A program made the position numbers and the translations under genes. Shown here in pieces: positions 18,753 to 27,404 of a stretch of DNA of 64,000 nucleotides. Source of the DNA: Deltaproteobacteria bacterium (GTDB lineage Bacteria > Desulfobacterota > Binatia > UBA12015); contig JAYGCM010000019.1 in NCBI GenBank assembly GCA_046583355.1, positions 1 to 64,000 of the forward strand, written 5' to 3'. A model generated the notes under the pieces. It was not told the origin of the DNA and searched no databases. It was given only the letters and a program-made list of their open reading frames with translations. How positions within the stretch are numbered: the first letter of the stretch is position 1; each line of letters begins with the position of its first letter.

Positions 18753-21700
18753 TCAGGGAGCAAGATCGGCAAAGATCGCCAGGTAATCGTCCTGGCGCGA
18801 GACTTCGATCGGGGCGAGTGAGACGCCGAGGAATTCCGGCAGCGGAAAGCTGCCCAAGGCCCCCGCCAACTCGGGCAGCATCAGGTCCATCATCGTCGGA
18901 ATCAGCGCATCCACCGCCGCGGGATCGACGCCGAGCGGGTTGTGCAGCAAGGTCGTCACCAAGGTCTCCAGCGGCGGTGAACCGATGGAAATCGCGAGCC
19001 CCCCAGGTTCGGGAACCAGATCGAGACCGAGCTGCATATCGACGGCGGCGGTGAGGCGCACGGCATCTCCCGCGTTCGGCTGGACGATCTCGATCAGGAG
19101 ATGGGCCAGCTGGAGGTTGGCAAGCTCGCCATCCGGCCCGGCCTCGTCGGTCACGATCGGCGCCAATGTCGGTGCCACCCGGATCTCCAGAGGCGTGAGC
19201 GCCGGCAACGTCGCGAATGCCGGCAGAAAGATCGAGAGCATAGTGGAGTTGATCGCCAGCGGTGCACCGCCGACCTCCAATTCCGCAATCGACATGCGCA
19301 TCAGGCCGCCCTCGATCCCTTCCATGAGGAATTGGTTGAACGTGGTCGGCGAGAAAGCGAGTACGACACCGTAGCCCTGGCCCATCACCGGCGTGGTCAC
19401 GGGAAAAACCGGAAAGGTCGTCGGTACGATCAGCGCACCGAGCAGGTCCGGTGCCGCTGGATCGGGAACCAGCGTCGCAAAACCAGCGTCAATCGGGAAT
19501 GTGATACCGATCAGATCTTCCTCAATCGCGTTGAAGGGGGTCGTGAGCTCGGTGCCCAAGCCATCCCCCACCGGACCGGCAATATCGATATTGCCAAGTG
19601 CCGCCTCAATCGCGCCGGCAATCGGTGTATTGCCGTTGCCATCGACTTCGTCGAGGAAATTCTGCAGGCCATCCGCGACCATCGACTCCATATCCCCCAT
19701 GAAGAGGCCGATCAGCCACTCCATGATGCCTCCCAGAATGCCGCCACAATTGGTCGTATTCGAGAAGCCGCCCAACACGACCATTACGCCGCCCTGATGC
19801 GTCACATCCACCTTGGAAGGCGAAAGAGCCATCGGCTCAAGCGTATAGTCGCCGAGAATCTGAGTGGTGGCTGTGGTGATATCGATATCACAACTGATGC
19901 CGATGCCCGTGACGTTCACCACATGCGCTCGCACAGCGAGGTCGTGCAAGGTGATATCGCCCTCGACGAACGCGTTCTGGGAATCGATATCGATGCCGAA
20001 ACCACTGATCCCCGGCAAGGTCGCGGTGTGCTTGACCGAAACATCGATCCGGCCCAGGCAACCCAAGAACGTATCCGCATAGCAATAATCGTCGAGAATC
20101 ACGGTGCCGTCGGGAATCATTGATTTCGGATCAATATCGACCAGGCCCGTGACGGCCGGCTCGATCGCATCCAGTCCGACATCGGTAAGACGCATGCCAA
20201 TCCCATCGGGGACGAGGCTGCCATCGGCAACCGCCTGGCCGCGGATCACCACGACTCGGTCGTTGAAGATCTCACCATCGCTCAGGCGCGTAAGCGTCGA
20301 GACGATCGGTTGGAAGATCTCGGCCGGGTCAATGCTCAAGACCGTGCTGAAGGAGAGATTCGCTGCGATCGAGACCGGGCTGCCGCCCACCGTCAGAGTC
20401 GCGTCGGTCGGGTGAATATTCTCGACCCAGCCTTCCACGATCACGCTGCTGGCCTCGGTGAAGGCACCATGCAGCGGCGTGACGATGCGCGCCGAAGGGG
20501 CACATCCGGAGATCTCGGTTTCGATCTCGCAGACCGAGCTACAGCAATCCCCAGAGGTCAAATTGCCATCGTCGCATTCTTCGCCGATTTCAAGCCTTCC
20601 GTCACCACATTGGGTGCAGCTTCCCGAACCGCCACAAACATCCGACCCACCCGACACGCCGCATTCGTCATCGGGATCCGTGCCAGCAACGATCGGGGCG
20701 CATACGCCGTCGCTTCCGCCGGTCAATGCCGCGCTACAGGCTTCGCAACCACTCGCGCAAGCTGTGTCACAGCAGAATCCATCGACACAGGCATAGCCCG
20801 CACACTCGCCATCGCTCGCGCAGGCTCCACCTTGCTCGAGGATGCAAACGCCGCCATTATCACATTGACCGCCAAGGCAGCCGGTCCCGGCAGCCGCGTA
20901 GCAGGTGAAAAGGGCTTCGTTGCAGGTCGAGTTGCACGCATCTCCGGCGGCGCAAGCATCGCCACCGCCGGTACAAAGCCCCGCCTGACAGGTATCGCCA
21001 GCGGTGCAAAAAAGGCCATCCTCACAAAGTGTGCCGGTCTCGGCACAGCTACCGGCCACCTCATCGCAGGTATCGTTACAGGCATCCCCGCCAGCACAGG
21101 GGTCGCCCGCGCCTACACAAACGCCACCGGCGCAAATATCGGTCGCCGTACAGAAGAGGCCATCGTCACAAGATCCGGCACTCGGCTCGGAGACGCAGGC
21201 CCCAGATCCGTTGCAGACCTCAGAGGTGCAGACGTTACCATCAGCCGGGCACGCAGAGCCGGCCGGCGCGAAGGTGCACGCAGAACTACAGCAATCGCCG
21301 TCGTCCAGATTGCCGTCGTCGCATTCTTCCCATTCGGCGAGCGCGCCATCTCCGCAGACCGGCAGCGCTGCCGTCTCGTCACAATAGACACGACGGAAGA
21401 CGGCCTTCGCCTGCTGCTCGGTCGCCTCGAAGAGCGCATCCGGGTCCCAGCATCCAGGCAGGTCCAGCGGCGCGAGCTTGGCGTCGAATTTCGCCTGTAC
21501 CTTCGTGAGGCAGAGCTGAAGTTTCGTATCCTTGTCGCGCGAATGATTTTTCGCGCCGCGGTCGAGACAGCTGCGAACATCGCGTTGCAACTTCTCCCAG
21601 GCCTTCATCCCCTTCAACTCGGTTTTGAAAACATCTTCGTCGGGAGCAATATGCCCCCCCACCTCGGGAATAGGGTCGGCCCGACCGGGAGCGGCCGGCA

Positions 21701-21755
21701 TGAGGGCACCGAGCAGCAGCGTGAGAGCGAAAGCGATTTTGAACGGATGATGCAT
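18753..21755 (-). CDS. Secreted protein: 4-Cys helical domain, Myxococcus-type Cys-rich (DUF4215-like) repeats, Ig-like domain, BPI/LBP-like C-terminal region
   Basis: AGGAG RBS before ATG 21755; signal peptide; two CGDG...EECDDGN...DCCSS.C repeats; GIGMRLTDVGLD...FPLPEFLGVSL...YLAIFADL. Confidence 0.75.
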   Translation of the reverse strand: MHHPFKIAFALTLLLGALMPAAPGRADPIPEVGGHIAPDEDVFKTELKGMKAWEKLQRDVRSCLDRGAKNHSRDKDTKLQLCLTKVQAKFDAKLAPLDLPGCWDPDALFEATEQQAKAVFRRVYCDETAALPVCGDGALAEWEECDDGNLDDGDCCSSACTFAPAGSACPADGNVCTSEVCNGSGACVSEPSAGSCDDGLFCTATDICAGGVCVGAGDPCAGGDACNDTCDEVAGSCAETGTLCEDGLFCTAGDTCQAGLCTGGGDACAAGDACNSTCNEALFTCYAAAGTGCLGGQCDNGGVCILEQGGACASDGECAGYACVDGFCCDTACASGCEACSAALTGGSDGVCAPIVAGTDPDDECGVSGGSDVCGGSGSCTQCGDGRLEIGEECDDGNLTSGDCCSSVCEIETEISGCAPSARIVTPLHGAFTEASSVIVEGWVENIHPTDATLTVGGSPVSIAANLSFSTVLSIDPAEIFQPIVSTLTRLSDGEIFNDRVVVIRGQAVADGSLVPDGIGMRLTDVGLDAIEPAVTGLVDIDPKSMIPDGTVILDDYCYADTFLGCLGRIDVSVKHTATLPGISGFGIDIDSQNAFVEGDITLHDLAVRAHVVNVTGIGISCDIDITTATTQILGDYTLEPMALSPSKVDVTHQGGVMVVLGGFSNTTNCGGILGGIMEWLIGLFMGDMESMVADGLQNFLDEVDGNGNTPIAGAIEAALGNIDIAGPVGDGLGTELTTPFNAIEEDLIGITFPIDAGFATLVPDPAAPDLLGALIVPTTFPVFPVTTPVMGQGYGVVLAFSPTTFNQFLMEGIEGGLMRMSIAELEVGGAPLAINSTMLSIFLPAFATLPALTPLEIRVAPTLAPIVTDEAGPDGELANLQLAHLLIEIVQPNAGDAVRLTAAVDMQLGLDLVPEPGGLAISIGSPPLETLVTTLLHNPLGVDPAAVDALIPTMMDLMLPELAGALGSFPLPEFLGVSLAPIEVSRQDDYLAIFADLAP

Positions 21756-21783
21756 GATCTTCTCCTGGTTCATGATCGCGGGC

Positions 21784-22260
21784 TCAGTAGAGCACGGGGC
21801 CATCGATATAGGCGCCGGCTGGCGACGCACAAAGAAGATCGCCGACGGCGGCTTGCAGGTAGGCTTCGGCAAGGTCCGGCTCCGCCGAATAATCGTGGCA
21901 AAGCGGCAGCCCAGGGGCCTTCGCCTCTACCTTGGCGAGAATTTTGAGGTACTTCTCACGCGCCTTGGCAAGGCAATCGGTAAGGCGGGTGGGCTTTCCT
22001 TGCGAATAATTCCGCGCACCGGCCTGGTAGCATTTCGCAATCCGCTGCGTGAGCTTGGCGCTCTCTTTCGAGATTTTCATCTCGTTTTTGAGCATGGCCG
22101 GATCCGTCGGAATCCAAGCTCTCTCACCAGGATTGGTGAATTCGGCGGGAAGTTCGCCGGCGATATAGGTGCCAGCATCGGCCGATAGAACCGCCCATCC
22201 CAGGAAAAGTGCCAATATCAAAGCGCTTCGGAACGCATATTTTCGGGTCATACCTGCCAT
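21784..22260 (-). CDS. Secreted helical 4-Cys domain protein
   Basis: Signal peptide; aligns by eye with the N-terminal domain of 18753..21755; ends CASPAGAYIDGPVLY. Confidence 0.75.
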   Translation of the reverse strand: MAGMTRKYAFRSALILALFLGWAVLSADAGTYIAGELPAEFTNPGERAWIPTDPAMLKNEMKISKESAKLTQRIAKCYQAGARNYSQGKPTRLTDCLAKAREKYLKILAKVEAKAPGLPLCHDYSAEPDLAEAYLQAAVGDLLCASPAGAYIDGPVLY

Positions 22261-22395
22261 CCTGCCGGACTCTTCATGAAAGAAGGTCCTTTTATCGCAT
22301 CTATGGGGTTGCCCATCAGTATCAAACTATCGCTTCGTGTCGACCAGAAAATCGATCCAAGAAGGATTTTGTTGCCGCGCCACGCGAAATTTCGG

Positions 22396-22432
22396 GTTTT
22401 GCACAGCTGGAGGTCCGGCCGAAAAGCAGGCC
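22396..22432 (+). repeat. Dispersed intergenic repeat copy
   Basis: GTTTTGCACAGCTGGAGGTCCGGCCGAAAAGCAGGCC; first 17 nt of the consensus are exact. Confidence 0.65.
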
Positions 22433-22496
22433 GTGGCACCAGACCGACGCAGGTGAAAACGGGACCCCGCGCACGAAGGAGAGGTGGGGCGCCTTC

Positions 22497-23285
22497 TCAG
22501 GAGCGGAATTTTCTAAAATCGGGTTTGCGCTTCTCGATAAAAGCCGTGATCGCTTCGATATTCTCGGGCGACCCCGCGTATTTCGCCATGCCCTCGTCCT
22601 CGACCTTGCGCGCCGCGGCGATGCCCGCATCGTTGGCAACCCGGAGGGTATGTTTGATCCCGCGCAGCGCGGAAATAGGCCATTGCGCGATCTCGCGTGC
22701 CTTCGCGAGCGCGGCCGGGAGAAGATCGTCGTCGGCAAACGAGCGCGCGGCCAGACCCACCTCAAGCGCCCGCGCGGCGTCGATCCATTCGGCGGTGAAG
22801 AAAAGCTCGGCCGCGCGTTGGCGGCCGATGGCCGATTGAACGGTATAGCTGCTGGCGAATTCCGGGACGAGACCGAGGTTCGCGAAAGGCAGACGCATGC
22901 GCAGGCTCGCGCCGACATAGACAATATCGCATGCGACTGCGAGTGTGCAGCCGCCGCCGACGGCGACGCCCTTGACCGCGGCAAGGATCGGTTTGTCAAA
23001 ACCAAAAACGGCATCGACGCAGCCGTTGAATCCGTTCGGGTGGCCGTCCTCGCGGTCCCCGGCCGACTGGCTGAAGGCCGTCAGGTCCTGGCCCGAGGAA
23101 AAATCCTTGCCGGCACCGGTCAGCAGAACCACGGCCACGGCCGGGTTCTCGCGCGCGGCATTGAGCGCGTCGCGCAAGCCGTCCCATTGCGGGTCGTTGA
23201 ATGCGTTTTTCTTGGCGGGGCGGTTCAAAGTGAGAAGAAGAACGCCCTGCTCATCGAGTTCCTGCAATACGGGATTTTCAGCCAT
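22497..23285 (-). CDS. Enoyl-CoA hydratase/isomerase family protein
   Basis: TLNRPAKKNAF, FSSGQDL, KPILAAVKGVAVGGG, PFANLGLVPE, AFIEKRKPDF. Confidence 0.92.
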   Translation of the reverse strand: MAENPVLQELDEQGVLLLTLNRPAKKNAFNDPQWDGLRDALNAARENPAVAVVLLTGAGKDFSSGQDLTAFSQSAGDREDGHPNGFNGCVDAVFGFDKPILAAVKGVAVGGGCTLAVACDIVYVGASLRMRLPFANLGLVPEFASSYTVQSAIGRQRAAELFFTAEWIDAARALEVGLAARSFADDDLLPAALAKAREIAQWPISALRGIKHTLRVANDAGIAAARKVEDEGMAKYAGSPENIEAITAFIEKRKPDFRKFRS

Positions 23286-23311
23286 GCCCTCTCAGTAGAG
23301 CCGCCAGCTGA

Positions 23312-23362
23312 GTTTTGCACCCCCAACGGCCCGGCCGAACAGCAAGTCTGCATCCGGGCGCC
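23312..23362 (+). repeat. Dispersed intergenic repeat copy
   Basis: GTTTTGCACCCCCAACGGCCCGGCCGAACAGCAAGTCTGCATCCGGGCGCC; 21/24 core match. Confidence 0.7.
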
Positions 23363-23407
23363 CGAGCCTACGCAGCACATGCCGCGCAGGCTCGGCGGAG
23401 GTTCGGG

Positions 23408-24142
23408 TCAGGAGGCCGCCGGCGCTGCCGCCTCTACGCTGGCGATCCCCAGATCCAGCGGGACGTGCTGGCGCTGCTTCATACGCTTGAGTTCGTCGAG
23501 TTGGGCGCGGGCCGACGCGTCGGCTTCGGCTTCGCGAATCTCACGCATTTTCTGGTCGAGCTCGCCATCGGCCACTTCCTTGGAAATACCGACTTCGGCC
23601 GTGAGGCGTTCGATATGGGCGCGAACTTCTTCGAGCGCCTGGATATCGGCATCGGGCACAAGACCCTTCATGGTCTCCTGCAATTGCAGGCGTGCCTTGG
23701 CATTCGCCAGCTTCGCCATCACGCGCATCTTCTCATCGCGCAGACGCTGTACCTCGGCCTGGAAAGTCACGAGGTTCTTCTTGGCGTCTTCGGCCTCCAG
23801 GGTCAGGTCCTCGAGCTCGCCGCGCAGCCGGTCGAGGTCGGTCGAGAAACGCTGGCGCTGCGCGATCAGAGCCAACGCCACACCGTCTTCGTCCTTCTCG
23901 ACCGCCACATCGAGCTGGCGCTTCAGCGACTTCAACGTCTGCGTCTTGATCTCCACCTCGGTTGCCAGCTTGCCGCGCATATAGAGAACACCGGCCGCCG
24001 CCTGGCGGAGTTTCTGGTATTGCTCGATCTTGCCGCGGATCGCGGACTCGTAGACCGCCTCGGGGTTGCGTCGCTCACTCCGATTCACCCAATTCGCGAA
24101 TGTCCCGCGGATCAGGTTTGTCAATCTAGAAAAAAATCCCAT
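23408..24142 (-). CDS. PspA/IM30 (ESCRT-III-like) family protein
   Basis: MGFFSRLTNLIRG amphipathic N-terminus, ERRNPEAVYE, long coiled coil, ARAQLDELK; GGAG RBS. Confidence 0.88.
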   Translation of the reverse strand: MGFFSRLTNLIRGTFANWVNRSERRNPEAVYESAIRGKIEQYQKLRQAAAGVLYMRGKLATEVEIKTQTLKSLKRQLDVAVEKDEDGVALALIAQRQRFSTDLDRLRGELEDLTLEAEDAKKNLVTFQAEVQRLRDEKMRVMAKLANAKARLQLQETMKGLVPDADIQALEEVRAHIERLTAEVGISKEVADGELDQKMREIREAEADASARAQLDELKRMKQRQHVPLDLGIASVEAAAPAAS

Positions 24143-24143
24143 C

Positions 24144-25553
24144 TTATTCTCCTTCGCCGTTTTTGGCGTCTTCGGCCGAGAGGCCCAGCTCACGCATTTT
24201 CTGCTGGAAACTCTGGCGGTACATTCCCACATTCTCAGCGGCGCGCGTGATATTGCCACCTGTTCGGCGGAGCGCCTCGAGGAGAAAACGTTTCTCGAAT
24301 GTCGAGACGACCTCGTCCTTCGCGTCACGAAAGGTCGAAGCCTCGCCCTGCGTATTCTTGCCGTTGGCCGCAGAAGGCACCGGCGCCTCGGGCGCGCCGA
24401 GAAGATCGGCGGCTGTGATCTCGTCGCCATTCGCCAGCAACAGCGCCTGCTCGACGGCCGAGCGCAGCTCGCGCACATTGCCCGGCCAGGGGTGCTCCAG
24501 CGCGAGGCGCAGGGCGTCCCCGGTAAGGGGCTTGATCGCGCGCGACATCCTCTCGGCCGCGTCACTCAGAAAACGCTCGAGGAGCAGCGGGATATCATCG
24601 CGCCGCTCACGCAAAGCCGGCAGCCCGATCTCCACCACCTTGAGTCGGTAGTAGAGATCCTCGCGAAAAGTACCCTCGGCGACCATTTTTTCCAGATCCT
24701 GATTTGTCGCTGCGATCAGACGGACATCGACCGAAACGGGAATATTGCCGCCGACCCGCTCGAACTCTTTTTCCTGCACGGCGCGCAGCAACTTCGCCTG
24801 CGTCTCCAGCGGCATATCGCCGACCTCGTCGAGGAAGAGTGTGCCGCCATGGGCCGCTTCGAACTTCCCCTCGCGGCGGCTGGTCGCACCCGTAAACGAG
24901 CCCTTCTCGTGACCGAAAAGCTCACTCTCAACGAGTTCACGCGAAAGAGCGGCGCAATTCATCTTGATCAAGGCCCGATTGCGCCGCGGCGAGCGATAAT
25001 GCAGGGCGTTGGCGACCAATTCCTTGCCTGTCCCGCTCTCCCCGCGAACCAGCACATTGATATCGGTATCGGCGACCTTCTCGATCATCGAAAAGACCCG
25101 ATGCATCGCCGCGCTGCGACCGACGATCTGCCCCTCGGCAAAACTCCCCTGGACCTGTTCCAGAAGTCGGCGATGCTCGCGCTTGAGCAAGGCATTCTGC
25201 ATGACGCGGCGCAGGACGATGCGCATCTCTTCGTTGTCGAAGGGTTTCGGAACGTAATCTTCGGCCCCCTTCTTCATTGCCTCGACCGCAACCTTCTCGG
25301 AACCATAGGCCGTGATCATCACGACCGAGGTCTCGGCGTCTTCCGCGCGTGCATGCGCCAGGACATCCATCCCCGAAAGCGTACCCAGACTGAGGTCCGT
25401 CAATACAACATCAAAGGCATTCGGTTTGATCTTGCGCACGGCCTCCTCGCCCGAAGAAGCCGTCTCCACCTGCCAACCTTCCTTTTTGAAGACACCGCGC
25501 AAGGCGAGCAGCAGCGCCTTCTCGTCATCCACGATCAGAAGTCGTCCGCGCAT
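24144..25553 (-). CDS. Sigma54-dependent response regulator (NtrC/AtoC family)
   Basis: Receiver (VDDE, LTD, TAYG, KPF); GESGTGKE; ESELFGHEKGSFTGA; LFLDEV; WPGNVREL; Fis-type HTH. Confidence 0.95.
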   Translation of the reverse strand: MRGRLLIVDDEKALLLALRGVFKKEGWQVETASSGEEAVRKIKPNAFDVVLTDLSLGTLSGMDVLAHARAEDAETSVVMITAYGSEKVAVEAMKKGAEDYVPKPFDNEEMRIVLRRVMQNALLKREHRRLLEQVQGSFAEGQIVGRSAAMHRVFSMIEKVADTDINVLVRGESGTGKELVANALHYRSPRRNRALIKMNCAALSRELVESELFGHEKGSFTGATSRREGKFEAAHGGTLFLDEVGDMPLETQAKLLRAVQEKEFERVGGNIPVSVDVRLIAATNQDLEKMVAEGTFREDLYYRLKVVEIGLPALRERRDDIPLLLERFLSDAAERMSRAIKPLTGDALRLALEHPWPGNVRELRSAVEQALLLANGDEITAADLLGAPEAPVPSAANGKNTQGEASTFRDAKDEVVSTFEKRFLLEALRRTGGNITRAAENVGMYRQSFQQKMRELGLSAEDAKNGEGE

Positions 25554-26752
25554 CAGGCCGCCTCCGTCCGTTCGGGCAGCGGCAAGGCGACGACGAATTC
25601 CGTACCTTCGCCGCGCTTGCTGCTGACGTCAATCGAGCCATCATGCGCCTCGACGACCTTCTTCGAGATCGCCATGCCCAGGCCCGTGCCGGTGGCCTTG
25701 GTGGTGAAGAAAGGATTGAAAATCCGGTCGATCTCCCCGGGCTTGATCCCCTCGCCATTATCGCGAACCCGGACACGTACGCGGCCAGGCACACCATTTT
25801 CGATATAGAGTTCGATCTTCCGGTCGCTTTCCTTGCGGCTGGTGTCGCTGAAGGAGTCGATCGCGTTGTCGAAGATATTGGCGAAAACCGCACGTAATTT
25901 CTCCTTGTCGGCAATGATGGTCGGGCCACCGATATAGTTTCGCTGCACGACGACCTTCGCTTCGTCGAGCTTGCCGCGCATCTCGGTCAAGGCGGCATCC
26001 ACGATATCCGCGACCCGCACCTGGTCGAGCTCGATATCTTCCTCCTTGGCGAACTTCAGAAGGTGCGAGATGCTTTTCTCGACTCGGCCCAGCTCCTCGA
26101 GCGCGACCTGGGCATATTCGACATTCTCGATTGACCGCGGATCCTCGCCCATCTGCTGGACCAGACTTCGAGCCGCAGCAACGGGGTTGCGGATCTCGTG
26201 TGCGATCGACGCCGAAAGCTCGTCAATGCTGGCCTGCTTCTCCGTGCGAACCTGCACCGTCTCGCGCCGAACTTCACGATTGACTGCGGGTTCCCAATAG
26301 CGGTCATGCAAAGCACGACGGCCGTAGACTGCCATATAATGCGAGAAAACTCCGATGCCCCAGCCCAGCGCCGGCCAAATGAACCAGGGGTAGTGCGTGG
26401 TCAGCAGATTCACGATAGCCAGCCCGCTCATCACGGCGAGATAGCTCGTGAGGTGGTTGTAGAAACCCATCTCGGCGCGGGCGCGCTTTTTCGCGCGCGC
26501 CAGGATCGCCTCCTCGGAGTCGCGCGCCGGAGCCTTTCTGCGCCGGCGGCGGTTTCTCTTATCGACGCGGCGGCGAGTCTTCGACGCCCAGCGCCGATCC
26601 CATTCTTCGTGCCAATGCGCGGCACCTTCGCTCCAGCGCGCATCCCCTTCGTCCAACTCGTAGCGCCGCCGGTAGCGGCCCACCCGGCGGTTGAAGTGGC
26701 GGTACAAATAATAGGCTAGAATCAATCCGAGAATGGGCATCATAATCTTCAC
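25553..26752 (-). CDS. Sensor histidine kinase with 2TM domain
   Basis: GFYNHL..Y...WFIWPALGWGIG 2TM signature; AHEIRNP H-box; N-box; DNGEGI; PFFTTK..GTGLGM. Confidence 0.92.
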   Translation of the reverse strand: MKIMMPILGLILAYYLYRHFNRRVGRYRRRYELDEGDARWSEGAAHWHEEWDRRWASKTRRRVDKRNRRRRRKAPARDSEEAILARAKKRARAEMGFYNHLTSYLAVMSGLAIVNLLTTHYPWFIWPALGWGIGVFSHYMAVYGRRALHDRYWEPAVNREVRRETVQVRTEKQASIDELSASIAHEIRNPVAAARSLVQQMGEDPRSIENVEYAQVALEELGRVEKSISHLLKFAKEEDIELDQVRVADIVDAALTEMRGKLDEAKVVVQRNYIGGPTIIADKEKLRAVFANIFDNAIDSFSDTSRKESDRKIELYIENGVPGRVRVRVRDNGEGIKPGEIDRIFNPFFTTKATGTGLGMAISKKVVEAHDGSIDVSSKRGEGTEFVVALPLPERTEAA

Positions 26753-26788
26753 AGCTCCCTTCGAGGTTCTGCGTGATCAGCTTCGAAT

Positions 26789-26804
26789 TGCAATGCTCGT
26801 GCCA
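26789..26804 (-). promoter_or_regulatory. Sigma54 (-24/-12) promoter
   Basis: Minus strand reads TGGCAC-GAGCA-TTGCA, an exact TGGCAC-N5-TTGC match ending 37 bp upstream of the kinase start. Confidence 0.85.
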
Positions 26805-26852
26805 GCTCCTACGCAGCCCCGGCCACCCAGAATGGACCTTTTGGGGCCCTCG

Positions 26853-26885
26853 CTGCAACAAATTTACTGCATCTAAAAGCCTGCA
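26853..26885. promoter_or_regulatory. Putative enhancer (bEBP binding) sites
   Basis: CTGCA at 26853, 26867 and 26881 (14-bp period) with A/T-rich spacers, 50-80 bp upstream of the -24 box. Confidence 0.4.
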
Positions 26886-26972
26886 CCGCAGCTTTCGGCC
26901 TGCGCTGGAGGTCCGGCCACCGAGCCGGGCGGCCTCCGAGTGCCGCAGGCGCAGGGGTATGGCCTGAAGATG

Positions 26973-26999
26973 CGGCCGAAAAGTAGGCCTGCATCCAGG
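26973..26999 (+). repeat. Dispersed intergenic repeat copy
   Basis: CGGCCGAAAAGTAGGCCTGCATCC, 24/24 consensus match. Confidence 0.7.
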
Positions 27000-27041
27000 T
27001 CCGGCGTCGCATTCATAGGGGTTTCGGGTATGCCTTCTGCG

Positions 27042-27404
27042 ATGCGGTGGCTTCCGATTCTGGCGACGCTGGTCTTCCTACTCTCCGCTGCGGTCCAAGT
27101 GAATGATTCCGACTCTCTGCCCTGGATCATCATCTATATGCTGGCTGCGGGGATCGCGGCTGCCTCGGCGGCCGGCCGCCGAAACCCGATCGTCATCGCC
27201 TTCGGCCTGCTTGCCTGCCTGGCGCCAGCGCTTCCGCTGCTGCCCTCATTGGCCGTCGCCGAGGTCGCCTCGTTCACCAATATCGGCATGGCAAACCTCG
27301 AAGACGAACAGGCGCGCGAAGCGCTTGGCTTGCTGATGGTGGCCGGCTGGACGGGCTGCCTGCTAGCGCTCACTTTGCGGGACGAAGAAAGATCTCGCCG
27401 CTAA
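27042..27404 (+). CDS. Transmembrane 220 (TMEM220)-like membrane protein
   Basis: AAVQVNDSDSLPWIIIY and EQAREALGL motifs; about 4 TM segments. Confidence 0.75.
   Translation: MRWLPILATLVFLLSAAVQVNDSDSLPWIIIYMLAAGIAAASAAGRRNPIVIAFGLLACLAPALPLLPSLAVAEVASFTNIGMANLEDEQAREALGLLMVAGWTGCLLALTLRDEERSRR

Noticed and set aside
20310..21947. 545-aa plus-strand ORF
   Set aside because: Antisense shadow of the Cys-rich gene; no motifs; typical of high-GC DNA.
24066..25808. 580-aa plus-strand ORF
   Set aside because: Antisense shadow of the sigma54 regulator and kinase.
5371..27404. Convergent 3' overlaps (5371-5387, 9450-9460, 27370-27404) as antisense regulation
   Set aside because: Short tail-to-tail overlaps are common in compact high-GC genomes; no further evidence.
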